DNA of 64,000 nucleotides from an uncultured archaeon (GTDB taxonomy: Archaea > Asgardarchaeota > Lokiarchaeia > Sigyniarchaeales > SOKP01), in the NCBI GenBank assembly GCA_964632315.1, contig CAZWEM010000014.1, forward strand, positions 1 through 64,000, given 5' to 3'. The notes under the pieces were generated by a model that worked only from the letters and a program-made list of their open reading frames with translations, was not told the DNA's origin and ran no database searches. The first letter of the stretch is position 1, and every line of letters starts with the position of its first letter. Made by a program: the position numbers and the translations under genes. This document shows positions 19,818 through 30,867 of this stretch, piece by piece.

Positions 19818-20813
19818 TTGATTAAAATGGAATACAAAACTGAACAAAGAGAAAATAAAGGCGATACAGAAGGGAAATTTAATATGAACCATGATAATTT
19901 TATGATTTTCGAAGTTCTTGATAATGGGGAAAGACAAAGATTGAATATTACTGAAGAAGAATTCCGTAAGAGTAAGGGACTTGGAATTTTTCATCCTAAA
20001 CAAGTTGTAATAATTGTTAAAGAAGATGTCAGGCGAATTTATATATGGAAAGGTGCTGAACCTCATGTGCGGAAAAAATTTATAGCAAGTAGAGTTGCTC
20101 AAGAGCTTCAAGGTGAATTGATTAAACGATGTAAAATCGTAACTGTTGATCAAGGAGATGAATTATCTGAATTTTTAAACGTTTTTGGGTTTGAACTAAA
20201 AAAATTAGCAGAAATCACGGGATTTAATAGAGAAATATCTAATCAGATCCTGCCTGTAATAACAAGACAAGCACCGACGTCATCTCCTTTAACAAGCAAA
20301 AATAAAGATAAATTTAGAACCTTTCGATCCAATACCGTATCGAAAGAAACTAAAAAATCAGAATTTAAATCATCTCAGAGAATATTAGAAGAGGTATTAA
20401 GTAATACCCCTCCAAAGAATTTCAAGCGGAAAAGCATAATAATTGGAGAAAATACACTTTATAGTCTAACAATAAAAAAAGTAAAAGTTTTTGGGCAAAA
20501 TTTAGAAGAATCTGAATGGGAGCAAGTGAATAATTTACCTAAAGGTGTCTTTGATTTAGAAGGACGAAAATTAAGAGTTCATAATGATGAAATTAGGGGT
20601 ATAAAAGCAATTGAGATTCTTGAGCCTATTTCAGAAATTGAAAATCACGAAATCACGCAAAAAGAAGAATCTAACCTAAAAGCAAGAATTGATTATAATA
20701 AGTGGACAGTTAAACAATTGAAAGCATTTTGTTCTAAAAATGATGTCAAGGTTCCTTCCGCTTTTAGAAAGGCCCAAATAGTCAAATTAGTCGAGGATTT
20801 TATAAATGAATAA
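19818..20813 (+). CDS. Gelsolin-like domain protein with C-terminal SAP/HeH (Rho-N-like) helix-extension-helix
   Basis: N-terminal FHPKQVVIIV...IYIWKG...KKFIASRVAQEL...VDQGDELSEFLNVF follows the gelsolin repeat pattern; C-terminal YNKWTVKQLKAFCSKNDVKVPSAFRKAQIVKLV follows the SAP/HeH pattern. Confidence 0.75.
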   Translation: MIKMEYKTEQRENKGDTEGKFNMNHDNFMIFEVLDNGERQRLNITEEEFRKSKGLGIFHPKQVVIIVKEDVRRIYIWKGAEPHVRKKFIASRVAQELQGELIKRCKIVTVDQGDELSEFLNVFGFELKKLAEITGFNREISNQILPVITRQAPTSSPLTSKNKDKFRTFRSNTVSKETKKSEFKSSQRILEEVLSNTPPKNFKRKSIIIGENTLYSLTIKKVKVFGQNLEESEWEQVNNLPKGVFDLEGRKLRVHNDEIRGIKAIEILEPISEIENHEITQKEESNLKARIDYNKWTVKQLKAFCSKNDVKVPSAFRKAQIVKLVEDFINE

Positions 20814-21004
20814 AATCTTGATACTATCTGTGTTACTTTAAACCAGGACTTATTTTGATGATTTAGACATTAACCAATAAGTGTTTTAAAAATTTGAATA
20901 TCGAAATAAACTTTAAATTTAAATGCAAAAATTAAAGTATTATCTTACTATCGGAAAAATAAAATTGATAAATTAGTAGAAAAAATAATGATAAAAAAAA
21001 GGAT

Positions 21005-23122
21005 TTAAAGAACTATTAAAGCTCCCATAGTTAAGAAAATTGGAGCAAACGCGATTGAAACAGTGTTTATTACTTTAACCAGAATATGAAGCGATGGTCC
21101 GGCAGTATCTTTAAGTGGGTCACCAAATGTATCCCCTACAATAGAAGCAGCATGAGCTATAGATCCCTTTCCGCCTAAAAGCCCTCCTTCAATAGCCTTT
21201 TTAGCGTTATCAAGAGCGCCTCCACCAGTATTTAACACGAATCCTAATATGATTCCCGATACTGTTCCAGATATAATGAAAGCTGCTAAAGCAATTGGTC
21301 CGAATAAAAACCCAATAATGAGGGGCGTCAAGGTAGGCAGCAGTGCAGGAAAAATCATTTGTTTTAATGCTACTTTCGTACACGTATCAATGGCTTTCTC
21401 ATAATTAGGTAATGTTCTATTCGCAAGTATTCCGGGATCTTCTTTAAATTGGCGTTGTATTTCTTTAATCATTCCAGAAGCAGCTACTCCAGCAGCTCTT
21501 ATTGCAAATGCTGAAAAGACAAATGGAATCACAGCTCCGATCAATAAGGCACATAGTATAATTGGGTCCACAATATTCACAACTACGTCCTTGATCTCGT
21601 CTAAATAAGCCTCAAATAATATTATAGCAGATAAAGCGGCACAAGTAATCCCAAAACCCTTTGCTAATGCTTTAGTTGTATTACCAACGGCATCTAGCCG
21701 ATCTAAATTATATCGTACCTCTTCTCCTTGATGTGACATTTCTGCTATTCCTGCCGCATTATCAGATACTGGCCCAAATCCATCGAAAGCTAAAATTATA
21801 GTTGTAATTGATAATAAACCCATTGTTGAAATCGTTATCCCAAAAACGCCTCCTAAATACATACTCCTCGCAGGATCAGGATCTAAAATATTCAATGTAC
21901 CATACAATTCACCAAGAAAGAAACTAATAATGATTCCTACTACAAAGGAGATTATTGGAATGGTAGGGGACTCCAAACCAAGTGATAAGCCGCTAATCAC
22001 ATTTGTTGCAGAACCCGTCTCGGAACTCGCAATAATGTGTTTTACAGGTTTATATCTTGAAGAGGTATAATAATCCACTATATAATACGTAGATAAACCC
22101 AGAATGATGCCTAAAACTGAGCAGATAAACAAGTAGTACCACCCTGATGGAAAAGAGATCAATGTCAAAAACAAGAAAAAGATGATATTAAAAACCGCTG
22201 TGGCAATAAGGCTTCTCGCGAATGCAGCGATTGGAGATTTATCTTTTTCTTTAATATTTACGAAAAAACCTCCAAAAATACCAGCAAAGTTGCCTAGTGC
22301 TCTTGATATTAAGGAAAAAATAATAAACAATGGATTGTTCGTAGCGGTGCTTAATACTACTCCGATTATCATTGCTGCGATATTATTAGCGGTCGAAGAT
22401 TCATAAAGATCAGCACCCCTTCCTGCGCAATCCCCTACATTATCACCAACATTATCAGCAATGGCAGCAGGATTTCTTATGTCATCTTCGGGTAAACCAT
22501 GTTCTAATTTACCCACTAGATCTGCTCCAATATCTGCTCCTTTTGTAAAAATTCCGCCACCTAATTGTGCAAATAGTGCTGCAAAAGATGCACCAAAAGC
22601 AACTGCTAAGATATTTTGAGTGTTGAAGTTAAAGATAATATACAGAATGCTTATACCTAATAATGAAATCGATATTACAGAAACTCCGATTATCAATCCT
22701 GCATTAAATCCGATCTTTAATGCTTTATTTAAGTCACTCTTACATGCTTGTGTAACTTTTACATTTGCTAAAGTAGATGCCATCATACTGATATAACTGG
22801 CGATTATAGATGTTACCGCCCCAACTATAAAAGAGATAGCTAAATAGAAGTCAACAATGAATAATAGAGCTGCAATTATTGCTAAAACAATAAAAATTGT
22901 TTTATATTGTCTTTTTAAATAAGCATTGGAGCCTAACTTTATCAATTTATGAATTTTAACCATATCCTCAGTTCCATTATCTAACTTTGAAATCTTTTTA
23001 AACAACCAGAAGACATACACCATGCCTAAAATCGCTAGAGCTATTGCTGTATAGAATAATATCCAATATAATAGAGCAACTTCAATACCAACACTACTAA
23101 GATCAAAATCTTGATATATCAT
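21005..23122 (-). CDS. hppA: Membrane-bound H+-translocating pyrophosphatase, K+-independent type
   Basis: GGGIFTKGADIGADLVGK, DNVGDNVGD, GPVSDNAAG, GNTTKA (Lys determinant), GDTFGDPLKDTAGP. Confidence 0.95.
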   Translation of the reverse strand: MIYQDFDLSSVGIEVALLYWILFYTAIALAILGMVYVFWLFKKISKLDNGTEDMVKIHKLIKLGSNAYLKRQYKTIFIVLAIIAALLFIVDFYLAISFIVGAVTSIIASYISMMASTLANVKVTQACKSDLNKALKIGFNAGLIIGVSVISISLLGISILYIIFNFNTQNILAVAFGASFAALFAQLGGGIFTKGADIGADLVGKLEHGLPEDDIRNPAAIADNVGDNVGDCAGRGADLYESSTANNIAAMIIGVVLSTATNNPLFIIFSLISRALGNFAGIFGGFFVNIKEKDKSPIAAFARSLIATAVFNIIFFLFLTLISFPSGWYYLFICSVLGIILGLSTYYIVDYYTSSRYKPVKHIIASSETGSATNVISGLSLGLESPTIPIISFVVGIIISFFLGELYGTLNILDPDPARSMYLGGVFGITISTMGLLSITTIILAFDGFGPVSDNAAGIAEMSHQGEEVRYNLDRLDAVGNTTKALAKGFGITCAALSAIILFEAYLDEIKDVVVNIVDPIILCALLIGAVIPFVFSAFAIRAAGVAASGMIKEIQRQFKEDPGILANRTLPNYEKAIDTCTKVALKQMIFPALLPTLTPLIIGFLFGPIALAAFIISGTVSGIILGFVLNTGGGALDNAKKAIEGGLLGGKGSIAHAASIVGDTFGDPLKDTAGPSLHILVKVINTVSIAFAPIFLTMGALIVL

Positions 23123-23330
23123 AATTTTTTTCAGTTAGAAATTTATTAATTTCAAAAATTCTATAAGGCTTTTAAGTAATATATATTAAAGTTATAACTT
23201 TAGACATTCAGATCTACAACTCCCCAATTAGAGTTTTATTATAAAGAAATTGGATCACATTTAATTTTTTAAGAGACATGCTTATAAAATTAAGTTTAAT
23301 ATAGATGAATATTCATATACGCAAACATAG

Positions 23331-25046
23331 GTGTTATTTAAAATTAATGATAAATTTGATCCAGAAATAGCTTATTTTTCAATGGAAATTGCTTTAGAAA
23401 GTAGTTTTCCTATTTATTCTGGTGGTCTAGGTATTTTAGCGGGAGATGCACTCCGTTCTGCAGCAGATATGGGCTTACCAATGGTTGGTGTAACTTTAAC
23501 ATATAAATCCGGATATTTTTACCAGCAAATTGGGCCAAATGGAGGGCAGATCGAAAAGGAAATGGAATGGGATTTTATTGACGATTTTGAAAAGATTAAT
23601 GAACGAGTCGTTTTCAAATTACAAGATAAATTAATTAAAGTAGAAGCATGGAAATATGAGATTGTTGGTAGAAATGGGCATATAATTCCTGTAATCTTAC
23701 TCGATACAGATTTAAAGGATAATGAAGAATGGCAAAGAAAGTTAACTGATAAATTGTATGATGCTAATCCATTCCAACGGATATCTCAAGAAATTATTCT
23801 CGGCATCTGTGGTTATCGAATGTTAGAGAAATTAGGATACAATAATATCAAAAAATTTCATCTTAATGAAGGTCATGCTGCTTTTTTAATTTTTGAACTT
23901 TTGAAAAAGTATAAAACTTTAGATGAAGTAAAAAAACATTGTGTATTTACGACTCATACACCAGTTAGAGCTGGCCTTGAAGAGTTTGATTACAATTTAG
24001 TTAATGATGTCTTTCGAGATCGCCTCTCAGAAAATATACGTGAATTTGCAGGAAAAAACGACCTAAATATGACTGTGTTAGCTTTAAACGCAAGTGGATC
24101 GACTAATGCTGTTTCGAAAAAGCACTCTGAAGTTTCAAAAAAAATGTTTCCCGATTATGAGATTAAAAGCATAACTAATGGGGTCGATGTGGGTTATTGG
24201 CTTACTCCTTATATGAGAAATTTTCTTAATGAGGAATTGAAAAGAGGTTGGCACTATGATTTAAATCTTTTAGATAATGCTCTAAACTTGGATAGCTATG
24301 AGCTATGGAGAGCTCATAAGAAAGCAAAACATAAATTAATTGATTATGAAAACTCACATTCATGGGTTTTATTTGAGAAGGATTTATTAACAATAGGTTT
24401 TGGGAGAAGAATTGCTGAATATAAGCGACCACTTTTAATTTTTACGGATACTGAAAAATTAGCTAAAATTATAAAACGTAAGGCTCAGATTGTCTTTGCT
24501 GGAAAAGCTCATCCTGCTGATACACTATCTAAATCTTTTATTCAAAAAATAAATGAAAAAAGTGACTATTTATGGAATTCATATGATATAGGTGTTGTAT
24601 TTTTAGAGAATTATGAAATATCATTAGCGAAATTGCTAGTGAGTGGTGTGGATTTATGGCTAAATAATCCACGGAGATATTTAGAAGCAAGCGGTACAAG
24701 TGGTATGAAAGCGGCTATTAACGGAGTTCTCAATTTTTCTACATTAGATGGTTGGTGGATTGAAGGGTATTATCTTTCAGATAAAAAAGCAGGTTGGGCA
24801 ATTGGTCCAGAACCTGATGATCCTAAAGCAGAGAACCTAGATGACTCTAAGGATGCTGAAGATTTGTATAATAAATTAGAAAATGAGATTATCCCTCTTT
24901 TTTATGATAATAGAAAAGAATGGCAAACTCGAATGAAATATGCTATTAAATTGGGAGCATATTTCAACACCAATCGGATGATGCAAGAATATGCAGAAAA
25001 ATCTTATAACTTGCAAAAACAACCCAGATGGAAATTAACAGAATAA
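23331..25046 (+). CDS. glgP: Alpha-glucan (glycogen/maltodextrin) phosphorylase, GT35
   Basis: YSGGLGILAGD, HLNEGH, FTTHTP, RRIAEYKR, EASGTSGMKA PLP lysine, LDGWW. Confidence 0.95.
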   Translation: MLFKINDKFDPEIAYFSMEIALESSFPIYSGGLGILAGDALRSAADMGLPMVGVTLTYKSGYFYQQIGPNGGQIEKEMEWDFIDDFEKINERVVFKLQDKLIKVEAWKYEIVGRNGHIIPVILLDTDLKDNEEWQRKLTDKLYDANPFQRISQEIILGICGYRMLEKLGYNNIKKFHLNEGHAAFLIFELLKKYKTLDEVKKHCVFTTHTPVRAGLEEFDYNLVNDVFRDRLSENIREFAGKNDLNMTVLALNASGSTNAVSKKHSEVSKKMFPDYEIKSITNGVDVGYWLTPYMRNFLNEELKRGWHYDLNLLDNALNLDSYELWRAHKKAKHKLIDYENSHSWVLFEKDLLTIGFGRRIAEYKRPLLIFTDTEKLAKIIKRKAQIVFAGKAHPADTLSKSFIQKINEKSDYLWNSYDIGVVFLENYEISLAKLLVSGVDLWLNNPRRYLEASGTSGMKAAINGVLNFSTLDGWWIEGYYLSDKKAGWAIGPEPDDPKAENLDDSKDAEDLYNKLENEIIPLFYDNRKEWQTRMKYAIKLGAYFNTNRMMQEYAEKSYNLQKQPRWKLTE

Positions 25047-25212
25047 GAATTTTAATTCATAAAATAATCTTAATACCCTTTTTATTATTTCCTTTTGTCT
25101 TATGATTAGAACTAAAAAAATATAGATCAAATATTTAAAAACTTAAGTTTACGTCTATGATTTAGAAAATTTATTTCATTTGTCAATTTTAAAAAAAAGT
25201 GAATGAAAACTT

Positions 25213-27657
25213 ATGTCAAATAATATTTTAACGTCAGAAAAAGCAAAATCATTGAAGGTTGAAGAAGTACTCTCGCAACTCTCAACTAGTGAGAAAGGTT
25301 TGAGCGAGAGTGAAGCAAAAGAGAGATTGGAGAAATATGGTTATAATGAGATTATAGAAATAAAAGAAAATCCCATAATTAAATTTCTCCGTAATTTTTG
25401 GGGCCCTATACCATGGATGATCGAAATAGCAATTGTATTATCCGCTATTATAGGACATTGGGAAGATTTCTGGATTATACTCATTTTATTGGTGGTGAAT
25501 GGTATTGTACGATTTTGGCAAGAAAATAAAGCAGACAATGCTATTGAGCTTTTAAAAAAGAAATTGGCAGTTAAAGCTAGAGCTATGCGGGATGGAAAAT
25601 GGAAAAACCTACCTGCAAGAGAACTAGTACCTGGAGATGTGATTCGGGTTCGTTTAGGTGATATTATTCCTGCTGATATTAAGTTATCAAAGGGAGATTA
25701 TTTACAGATTGATGAAGCTGCATTAACAGGTGAATCATTACCAGTAGAAAAGCATGAAAATGATATTGGCTATTCTGGTTCAATCGTAAAACAAGGAGAA
25801 ATGGATGGAATAGTAACTAGCACTGGTAGTAAAACATATTTTGGCAAAACAACAGAATTGGTAGAGAAAGCAAAGACTCGTAGTCATTTTCAGAAAGCCG
25901 TTGTAAAAATAGGAAATTATTTGATTGCTTTTGCTTTATGCATGGTTGCTATAATTGTCACATTTTCAATTATTCGTGCTGCTGGATTTTTGAATACTCT
26001 TCAATTTATTTTAGTATTAATAGTTGCGTCTATACCTGTGGCACTACCTGCAGTTTTATCAGTTACCATGGCGATTGGAGCAATTAATATGGCAAAGAAG
26101 AACGCAATAGTTAGTAAATTAATAGCTATTGAAGAATTGGCAGGTGTCGAAATCTTGTGCTCGGATAAGACAGGAACTCTCACTAAAAATGAGATCTCTG
26201 TAGCAACTATCAAGTCGTTTGGAGATACTGATGATAAAGACGTTATTTTATATGGAATTCTTGCATCAAGAGAAGAAGATCAGGATCCAATTGATAATGC
26301 AATTATTGTTAAGGGCAAAGAGTATGAAGATTTTAATAAGAAAATCGAAGGATATAGTATAGAAAAGTTCACACCATTCGATCCTGTTATAAAGCGTACT
26401 GAAGCTCTAGTCAAAGATACCGCGGGAAAAACTCTTAAAGTAATAAAAGGAGCACCACAAGTTATTTTATCGCTTTCAGAAAATAAAGACAGTATCGGAG
26501 AAGAAATAAATAAATTTGTTGATGAATATGCTTCAAAAGGATATCGTGCTTTAGGAGTTGCAAAATCTATGAATGGAAAAGACAATTTTCAATTTATTGG
26601 TCTTATAGGATTATTTGATCCCCCACGAGAAGATTCTGCTGAGACAATTAAACTTGCTCAAGATATGGGGATGGAAGTTAAAATGGTTACTGGAGATCAC
26701 GTTGCAATTGCCAAAGAGACGGCAAAAACTTTAGGGTTAGGTACAAATATCAAACCAGTTTCTGCCTTTCTAGATAAACCCGACGATGAAGCAGGAAAGA
26801 TTGTTGAGGAAGCTGATGGATTCGCCCAAGTTTTTCCAGAGCATAAATATACGATCGTAGAGTTATTACAAAAGAAAGGTCACATTGTTGGTATGACAGG
26901 AGATGGTGTTAATGATGCTCCTGCCTTGAAAAAAGCGGATGTTGGTATTGCTGTATCCAGTGCTACTGATGCTGCAAAATCAGCAGCAGAAATTACATTT
27001 ACAAAACCAGGACTTTCAGTTATAATTGATGGGACTATTCAAAGCCGGATGATCTTTCACCGCATGCTAAACTACTCCATCTATAGAATTTCAGAAACCG
27101 TTCGAGTAATAATCTTCATAACTCTCTCTATCGTAATTTTCAATTTTTACCCAGTAACCGCTCTTATGATTGTATTATTAGCCCTTCTTAACGATGCTCC
27201 TATAATGACAATTGCTGTCGATAACGTTGGGTATTCTAAAAAGCCTGAACGGTGGAACATGAACATAATTCTGCTTATTAGCACGATTCTTGGCGTTTTT
27301 GGGGTAGCCGCATCATTCTCTCTGTTTGCCATTGGTGTAATTGTCTTTAATTTGAGCCATACAGTTCTGCAAGCATTTATTTTTCTGAAATTATCCGTTG
27401 CTGCTTCATTAACGGTCTATGTAGCACGTACAAAAGGACATTTCTGGGAAAGGAAACCCGCTAAAGCATTATTTTTAGCAACAAGCACAACACAAATACT
27501 AGGAGTTATTTTTGTACTTTTTGGAATATTACTTCCAAGGTTGGAATGGTACTACATATTATTTGTTTTAGCTTATGCATTTGTGTGGTTTATAGCAACT
27601 GATTATATAAAGTATTACTTCTATAAATTTCTACGAAAAAAAGGAAAAATGTTCTAA
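25213..27657 (+). CDS. P-type H+-ATPase (P3A), copy 1
   Basis: FWGPIPWMIE, TGES, PVALP, DKTGTLT, KGAP, DPPR, TGDGVNDAPALKKAD, M5 ETVR, M6 LLND. Confidence 0.95.
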   Translation: MSNNILTSEKAKSLKVEEVLSQLSTSEKGLSESEAKERLEKYGYNEIIEIKENPIIKFLRNFWGPIPWMIEIAIVLSAIIGHWEDFWIILILLVVNGIVRFWQENKADNAIELLKKKLAVKARAMRDGKWKNLPARELVPGDVIRVRLGDIIPADIKLSKGDYLQIDEAALTGESLPVEKHENDIGYSGSIVKQGEMDGIVTSTGSKTYFGKTTELVEKAKTRSHFQKAVVKIGNYLIAFALCMVAIIVTFSIIRAAGFLNTLQFILVLIVASIPVALPAVLSVTMAIGAINMAKKNAIVSKLIAIEELAGVEILCSDKTGTLTKNEISVATIKSFGDTDDKDVILYGILASREEDQDPIDNAIIVKGKEYEDFNKKIEGYSIEKFTPFDPVIKRTEALVKDTAGKTLKVIKGAPQVILSLSENKDSIGEEINKFVDEYASKGYRALGVAKSMNGKDNFQFIGLIGLFDPPREDSAETIKLAQDMGMEVKMVTGDHVAIAKETAKTLGLGTNIKPVSAFLDKPDDEAGKIVEEADGFAQVFPEHKYTIVELLQKKGHIVGMTGDGVNDAPALKKADVGIAVSSATDAAKSAAEITFTKPGLSVIIDGTIQSRMIFHRMLNYSIYRISETVRVIIFITLSIVIFNFYPVTALMIVLLALLNDAPIMTIAVDNVGYSKKPERWNMNIILLISTILGVFGVAASFSLFAIGVIVFNLSHTVLQAFIFLKLSVAASLTVYVARTKGHFWERKPAKALFLATSTTQILGVIFVLFGILLPRLEWYYILFVLAYAFVWFIATDYIKYYFYKFLRKKGKMF

Positions 27658-27874
27658 AAATTTCTAATTTTTTTTTAATTTTTTTCATTAATTTCTGGTT
27701 TTGCCATGGTTCTATCTTGTTTAATAAAATTTGAATAAATTTTGATTGAATTTCATCTCAAATGAATTTAATCTTTTTTAGAAGAGAATCTAGTTAATCA
27801 GATCTCAATATAAACAACTAAATTTATAATTTGATAAAAAAAAATTTAAATATTTTGGAAATAGGAACACTTTT

Positions 27875-30322
27875 ATGGAGATTAAAAGTAATGAAGCAAA
27901 AGAATTATCGGTTGATGAAATTTATAGTAGATTGTCATCAAATAAGAACGGTCTCACATCTCAAGAAGCTAATAACCGGCTTCAAAAATTTGGACGAAAT
28001 GAAATCCCAGAAAAGAAAAAATCACCTTTTTTGAAATTTCTTACTAACTTTTGGGGCCCTATTCCTTGGATGATCGAAATTGCAGCAATTTTGTCTGTAA
28101 TTATAGAAGAATGGGATGATTTTGTGATCATAGTTGCAATGCTTTTAATTAATAGTGTAGTAAGATTTTGGGAAGAAAATAAAGCGGATAATGCTATTGA
28201 GCTTTTAAAAGAAAAATTAGCTCTACAAGCCAAAGTTATCCGAGATGGAGAATGGATAGAGATAGAAGCAAGAGATTTAGTACCGGGAGATGTAGTACAT
28301 TTAAGGTTAGGAGATATTATCCCCGCAGATGTAAAATTGATTAATGGAGAATATCTCACAGTTGATGAATCTGTTTTAACAGGAGAATCACTACCAGTAG
28401 AAAAAGAAAAAGCAGATATTGGATATAGTGGAGCAATAATTCGACAAGGTGAGATGGATGGTCTTGTGGTTGGAACAGGATTAAATACTTTTTTTGGAAG
28501 GACCACAAAACTAGTTGAAGAAGCGAAATCAAGAAGTCACTTTCAACAAGCTGTTATCAAGATTGGTAATTATCTTATAATATTAGCAGTTTCACTTGTA
28601 ACACTTGTTTTTATCTTAGGATTAATACGTCAAGAGGGTTTCTTTAATATTCTTCAGTTTGCTTTAGTTTTAATTGTTGCTGCGATTCCTGTTGCCTTAT
28701 CTGCAGTTATGATGGTATCTATGGCTGTTGGGGCAACACAATTGGCAAAAAATAAAGCAATTGTAAGTAGGTTACTTTCTATTGAGGAAGCTGCTAGTAT
28801 GGATATCTTATGTTGCGATAAAACGGGTACTCTTACAAAAAATCAAATATCTATCGCAAAATTAATACCCTTTAATAATTATTCTGAAAATGATTTAGTG
28901 TTGTATGGTGGATTAGCATCTAAAAAAGAAAGCAGAGATCCTATTGATGATGCATTTTTTGCTAAAGTAAAGGAAGACCCTGAAATTGACTCAAAACTTT
29001 CAACATATCAATTAATTTCATTTAAACCCTTTGATCCCGTCATAAAAAGAACGGCGGCGACAATTAAAGATGAGAATGGCGAAGAATTTCAAGTATCTAA
29101 AGGTGCTATCCAAGTTATCTTATCTTTAGTCGAAGCAGATCCTGACTTAGAACAGAAGGTGAATGAATTGGGTAAAGAATTTGCATCAAAAGGATTTAGA
29201 GCATTAGGAGTAGCTCAATCGCGCCAAAATAATGTATGGGAATATATGGGAATTGTAGCACTACATGATCCTCCCCGTGAAGATTCAGCAGAAACAATTA
29301 AAACTGCTAAAACATTAGGAATAGATGTAAAAATGGTTACTGGAGATCATGTAGAAATTGCTAAATATATTGCGAATGATCTAGGAATTGGAACTGATAT
29401 TGTAGTATCCAACGAAATTATAGGGAAACATGATTCCAAAACAACTGAATTGGTTGAAAGAGCTAATGGATTTGCAGAAGTTTATCCAGAGCATAAATAT
29501 CATATTGTAGAGCTTCTCCAAAATAAAGATCATGTCGTTGGTATGACAGGGGATGGTGTTAATGATGCACCTGCCTTGAAGAAAGCTGATATTGGGATCG
29601 CGGTTTCGAACGCTACTGACGCTGCGAAATCTGCTGCCGATATTGTCTTAACAGACCCTGGGATCTCAGTGATAATCAATGCTACAAGAGAGAGTCGAAA
29701 GATATTTGAGAGAATGAAAAGCTACGCTACATATAGAATAGCAGAGACTGTTAGAATTCTCATCTTTTTAGTCCTTTCCATTAGTTTTTTAAATTTTTAT
29801 CCTATCACCGCAGTGATGATTGTGATATTGGCACTTTTAAATGATTTACCAATAATGACAATCGCTTTTGATAACACGCGAATTGATGAAACACCTGTTA
29901 GATGGAAGATGCAAAAAATCTTAATCTTATCTTCGATTTTAGGGATTACTGGGGTTTTATTTAGTTTCTCGATATTCTTAATCGGGAAATTTGTATTTTT
30001 CCTTGACACAGCAACGCTTCAGACATTTATATTCTTGAAATTGACAGTAGCTGGCCATATGACAATTTATCTTACTCGAACTGAAGAGGATAATTTTTGG
30101 GTGCGTCCATTTCCATCTAAATCATTATTCTACACGTGTGAATCCACACAAGTTGTTGCTACCTTTTTCGCGGCGTATGGAATTTTTATGTATCCGATCG
30201 GTTGGAGCTTGGCGGGATTCATTTGGTTATATGCTCTTGGAGCATTTTTTTTCACTAATTTTATTAAAACAGGTACCTTGAGGTATTTAGATAAAAGAGA
30301 AGTAAAGAAATTAACGAACTAA
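27875..30322 (+). CDS. P-type H+-ATPase (P3A), copy 2
   Basis: Same motif set as copy 1 (TGES, DKTGTLT, GDGVND, ETVR, LLND); M4 reads PVALS. Confidence 0.95.
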   Translation: MEIKSNEAKELSVDEIYSRLSSNKNGLTSQEANNRLQKFGRNEIPEKKKSPFLKFLTNFWGPIPWMIEIAAILSVIIEEWDDFVIIVAMLLINSVVRFWEENKADNAIELLKEKLALQAKVIRDGEWIEIEARDLVPGDVVHLRLGDIIPADVKLINGEYLTVDESVLTGESLPVEKEKADIGYSGAIIRQGEMDGLVVGTGLNTFFGRTTKLVEEAKSRSHFQQAVIKIGNYLIILAVSLVTLVFILGLIRQEGFFNILQFALVLIVAAIPVALSAVMMVSMAVGATQLAKNKAIVSRLLSIEEAASMDILCCDKTGTLTKNQISIAKLIPFNNYSENDLVLYGGLASKKESRDPIDDAFFAKVKEDPEIDSKLSTYQLISFKPFDPVIKRTAATIKDENGEEFQVSKGAIQVILSLVEADPDLEQKVNELGKEFASKGFRALGVAQSRQNNVWEYMGIVALHDPPREDSAETIKTAKTLGIDVKMVTGDHVEIAKYIANDLGIGTDIVVSNEIIGKHDSKTTELVERANGFAEVYPEHKYHIVELLQNKDHVVGMTGDGVNDAPALKKADIGIAVSNATDAAKSAADIVLTDPGISVIINATRESRKIFERMKSYATYRIAETVRILIFLVLSISFLNFYPITAVMIVILALLNDLPIMTIAFDNTRIDETPVRWKMQKILILSSILGITGVLFSFSIFLIGKFVFFLDTATLQTFIFLKLTVAGHMTIYLTRTEEDNFWVRPFPSKSLFYTCESTQVVATFFAAYGIFMYPIGWSLAGFIWLYALGAFFFTNFIKTGTLRYLDKREVKKLTN

Positions 30323-30381
30323 TTTTATTTTTTTTTAAATTTTTAATTTTAATTCAGAAATTATTAAAAATCAAAAATTTA

Positions 30382-30867
30382 TTACCGAATCACTAAAACA
30401 TCACACGGAACATGTCTTAAGACCCTATCTGATAATGAACCAACAAAAATTTCCTCAGCGAGTGAATGTACTCCTTTACTTCCGACGATAACAAGATCGA
30501 TATTTTCTTCTGCGACTGTTTTCCTAATGTAAGATAAGGCGGAATGTTCATAAACAATACGTGTATCTACTTTTAAACCTTGTTCAGAAAATATTTCCTC
30601 TGCTCGACCTAAGATCGTTTTTCCTCTTGTTTCATAAACTTCTCTTACTCTTTGTAGTTCTAAATTTGAATTGTCCATTACTTGTTGAATAGGACCTCCA
30701 TAGGATGGTACCTGATATACATCGTCAATTGGCAAAGCTTCGTGTTCTACTGAATGAAACACTATCACTTCACAATTACTCAATTTTTTGAGTTCCATTG
30801 CTTTTAACAGCGCTTTGTATGAATGTTCAGATCCATCAATTCCAACTAAAATTTTATTGTAAATTAT
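30382..30867 (-). CDS. Universal stress protein; extended upstream of the ORF-track start to an ATA/ATT start
   Basis: The frame upstream of Met 30798 encodes IIYNKILVGIDGSEHSYKAL, the USP beta-1/helix-1, bounded by TAA at 30870-68; C-terminal VGSKG...GSLSDRVLRHVPCDVLVI. Confidence 0.88.
   Translation of the reverse strand: MIYNKILVGIDGSEHSYKALLKAMELKKLSNCEVIVFHSVEHEALPIDDVYQVPSYGGPIQQVMDNSNLELQRVREVYETRGKTILGRAEEIFSEQGLKVDTRIVYEHSALSYIRKTVAEENIDLVIVGSKGVHSLAEEIFVGSLSDRVLRHVPCDVLVIR

Noticed and set aside
27831-28034. 67-aa ORF overlapping the start of P3A ATPase copy 2, considered as a frameshift
   Set aside because: The ATPase is intact from its own ATG at 27875; the alternative frame has no recognisable features
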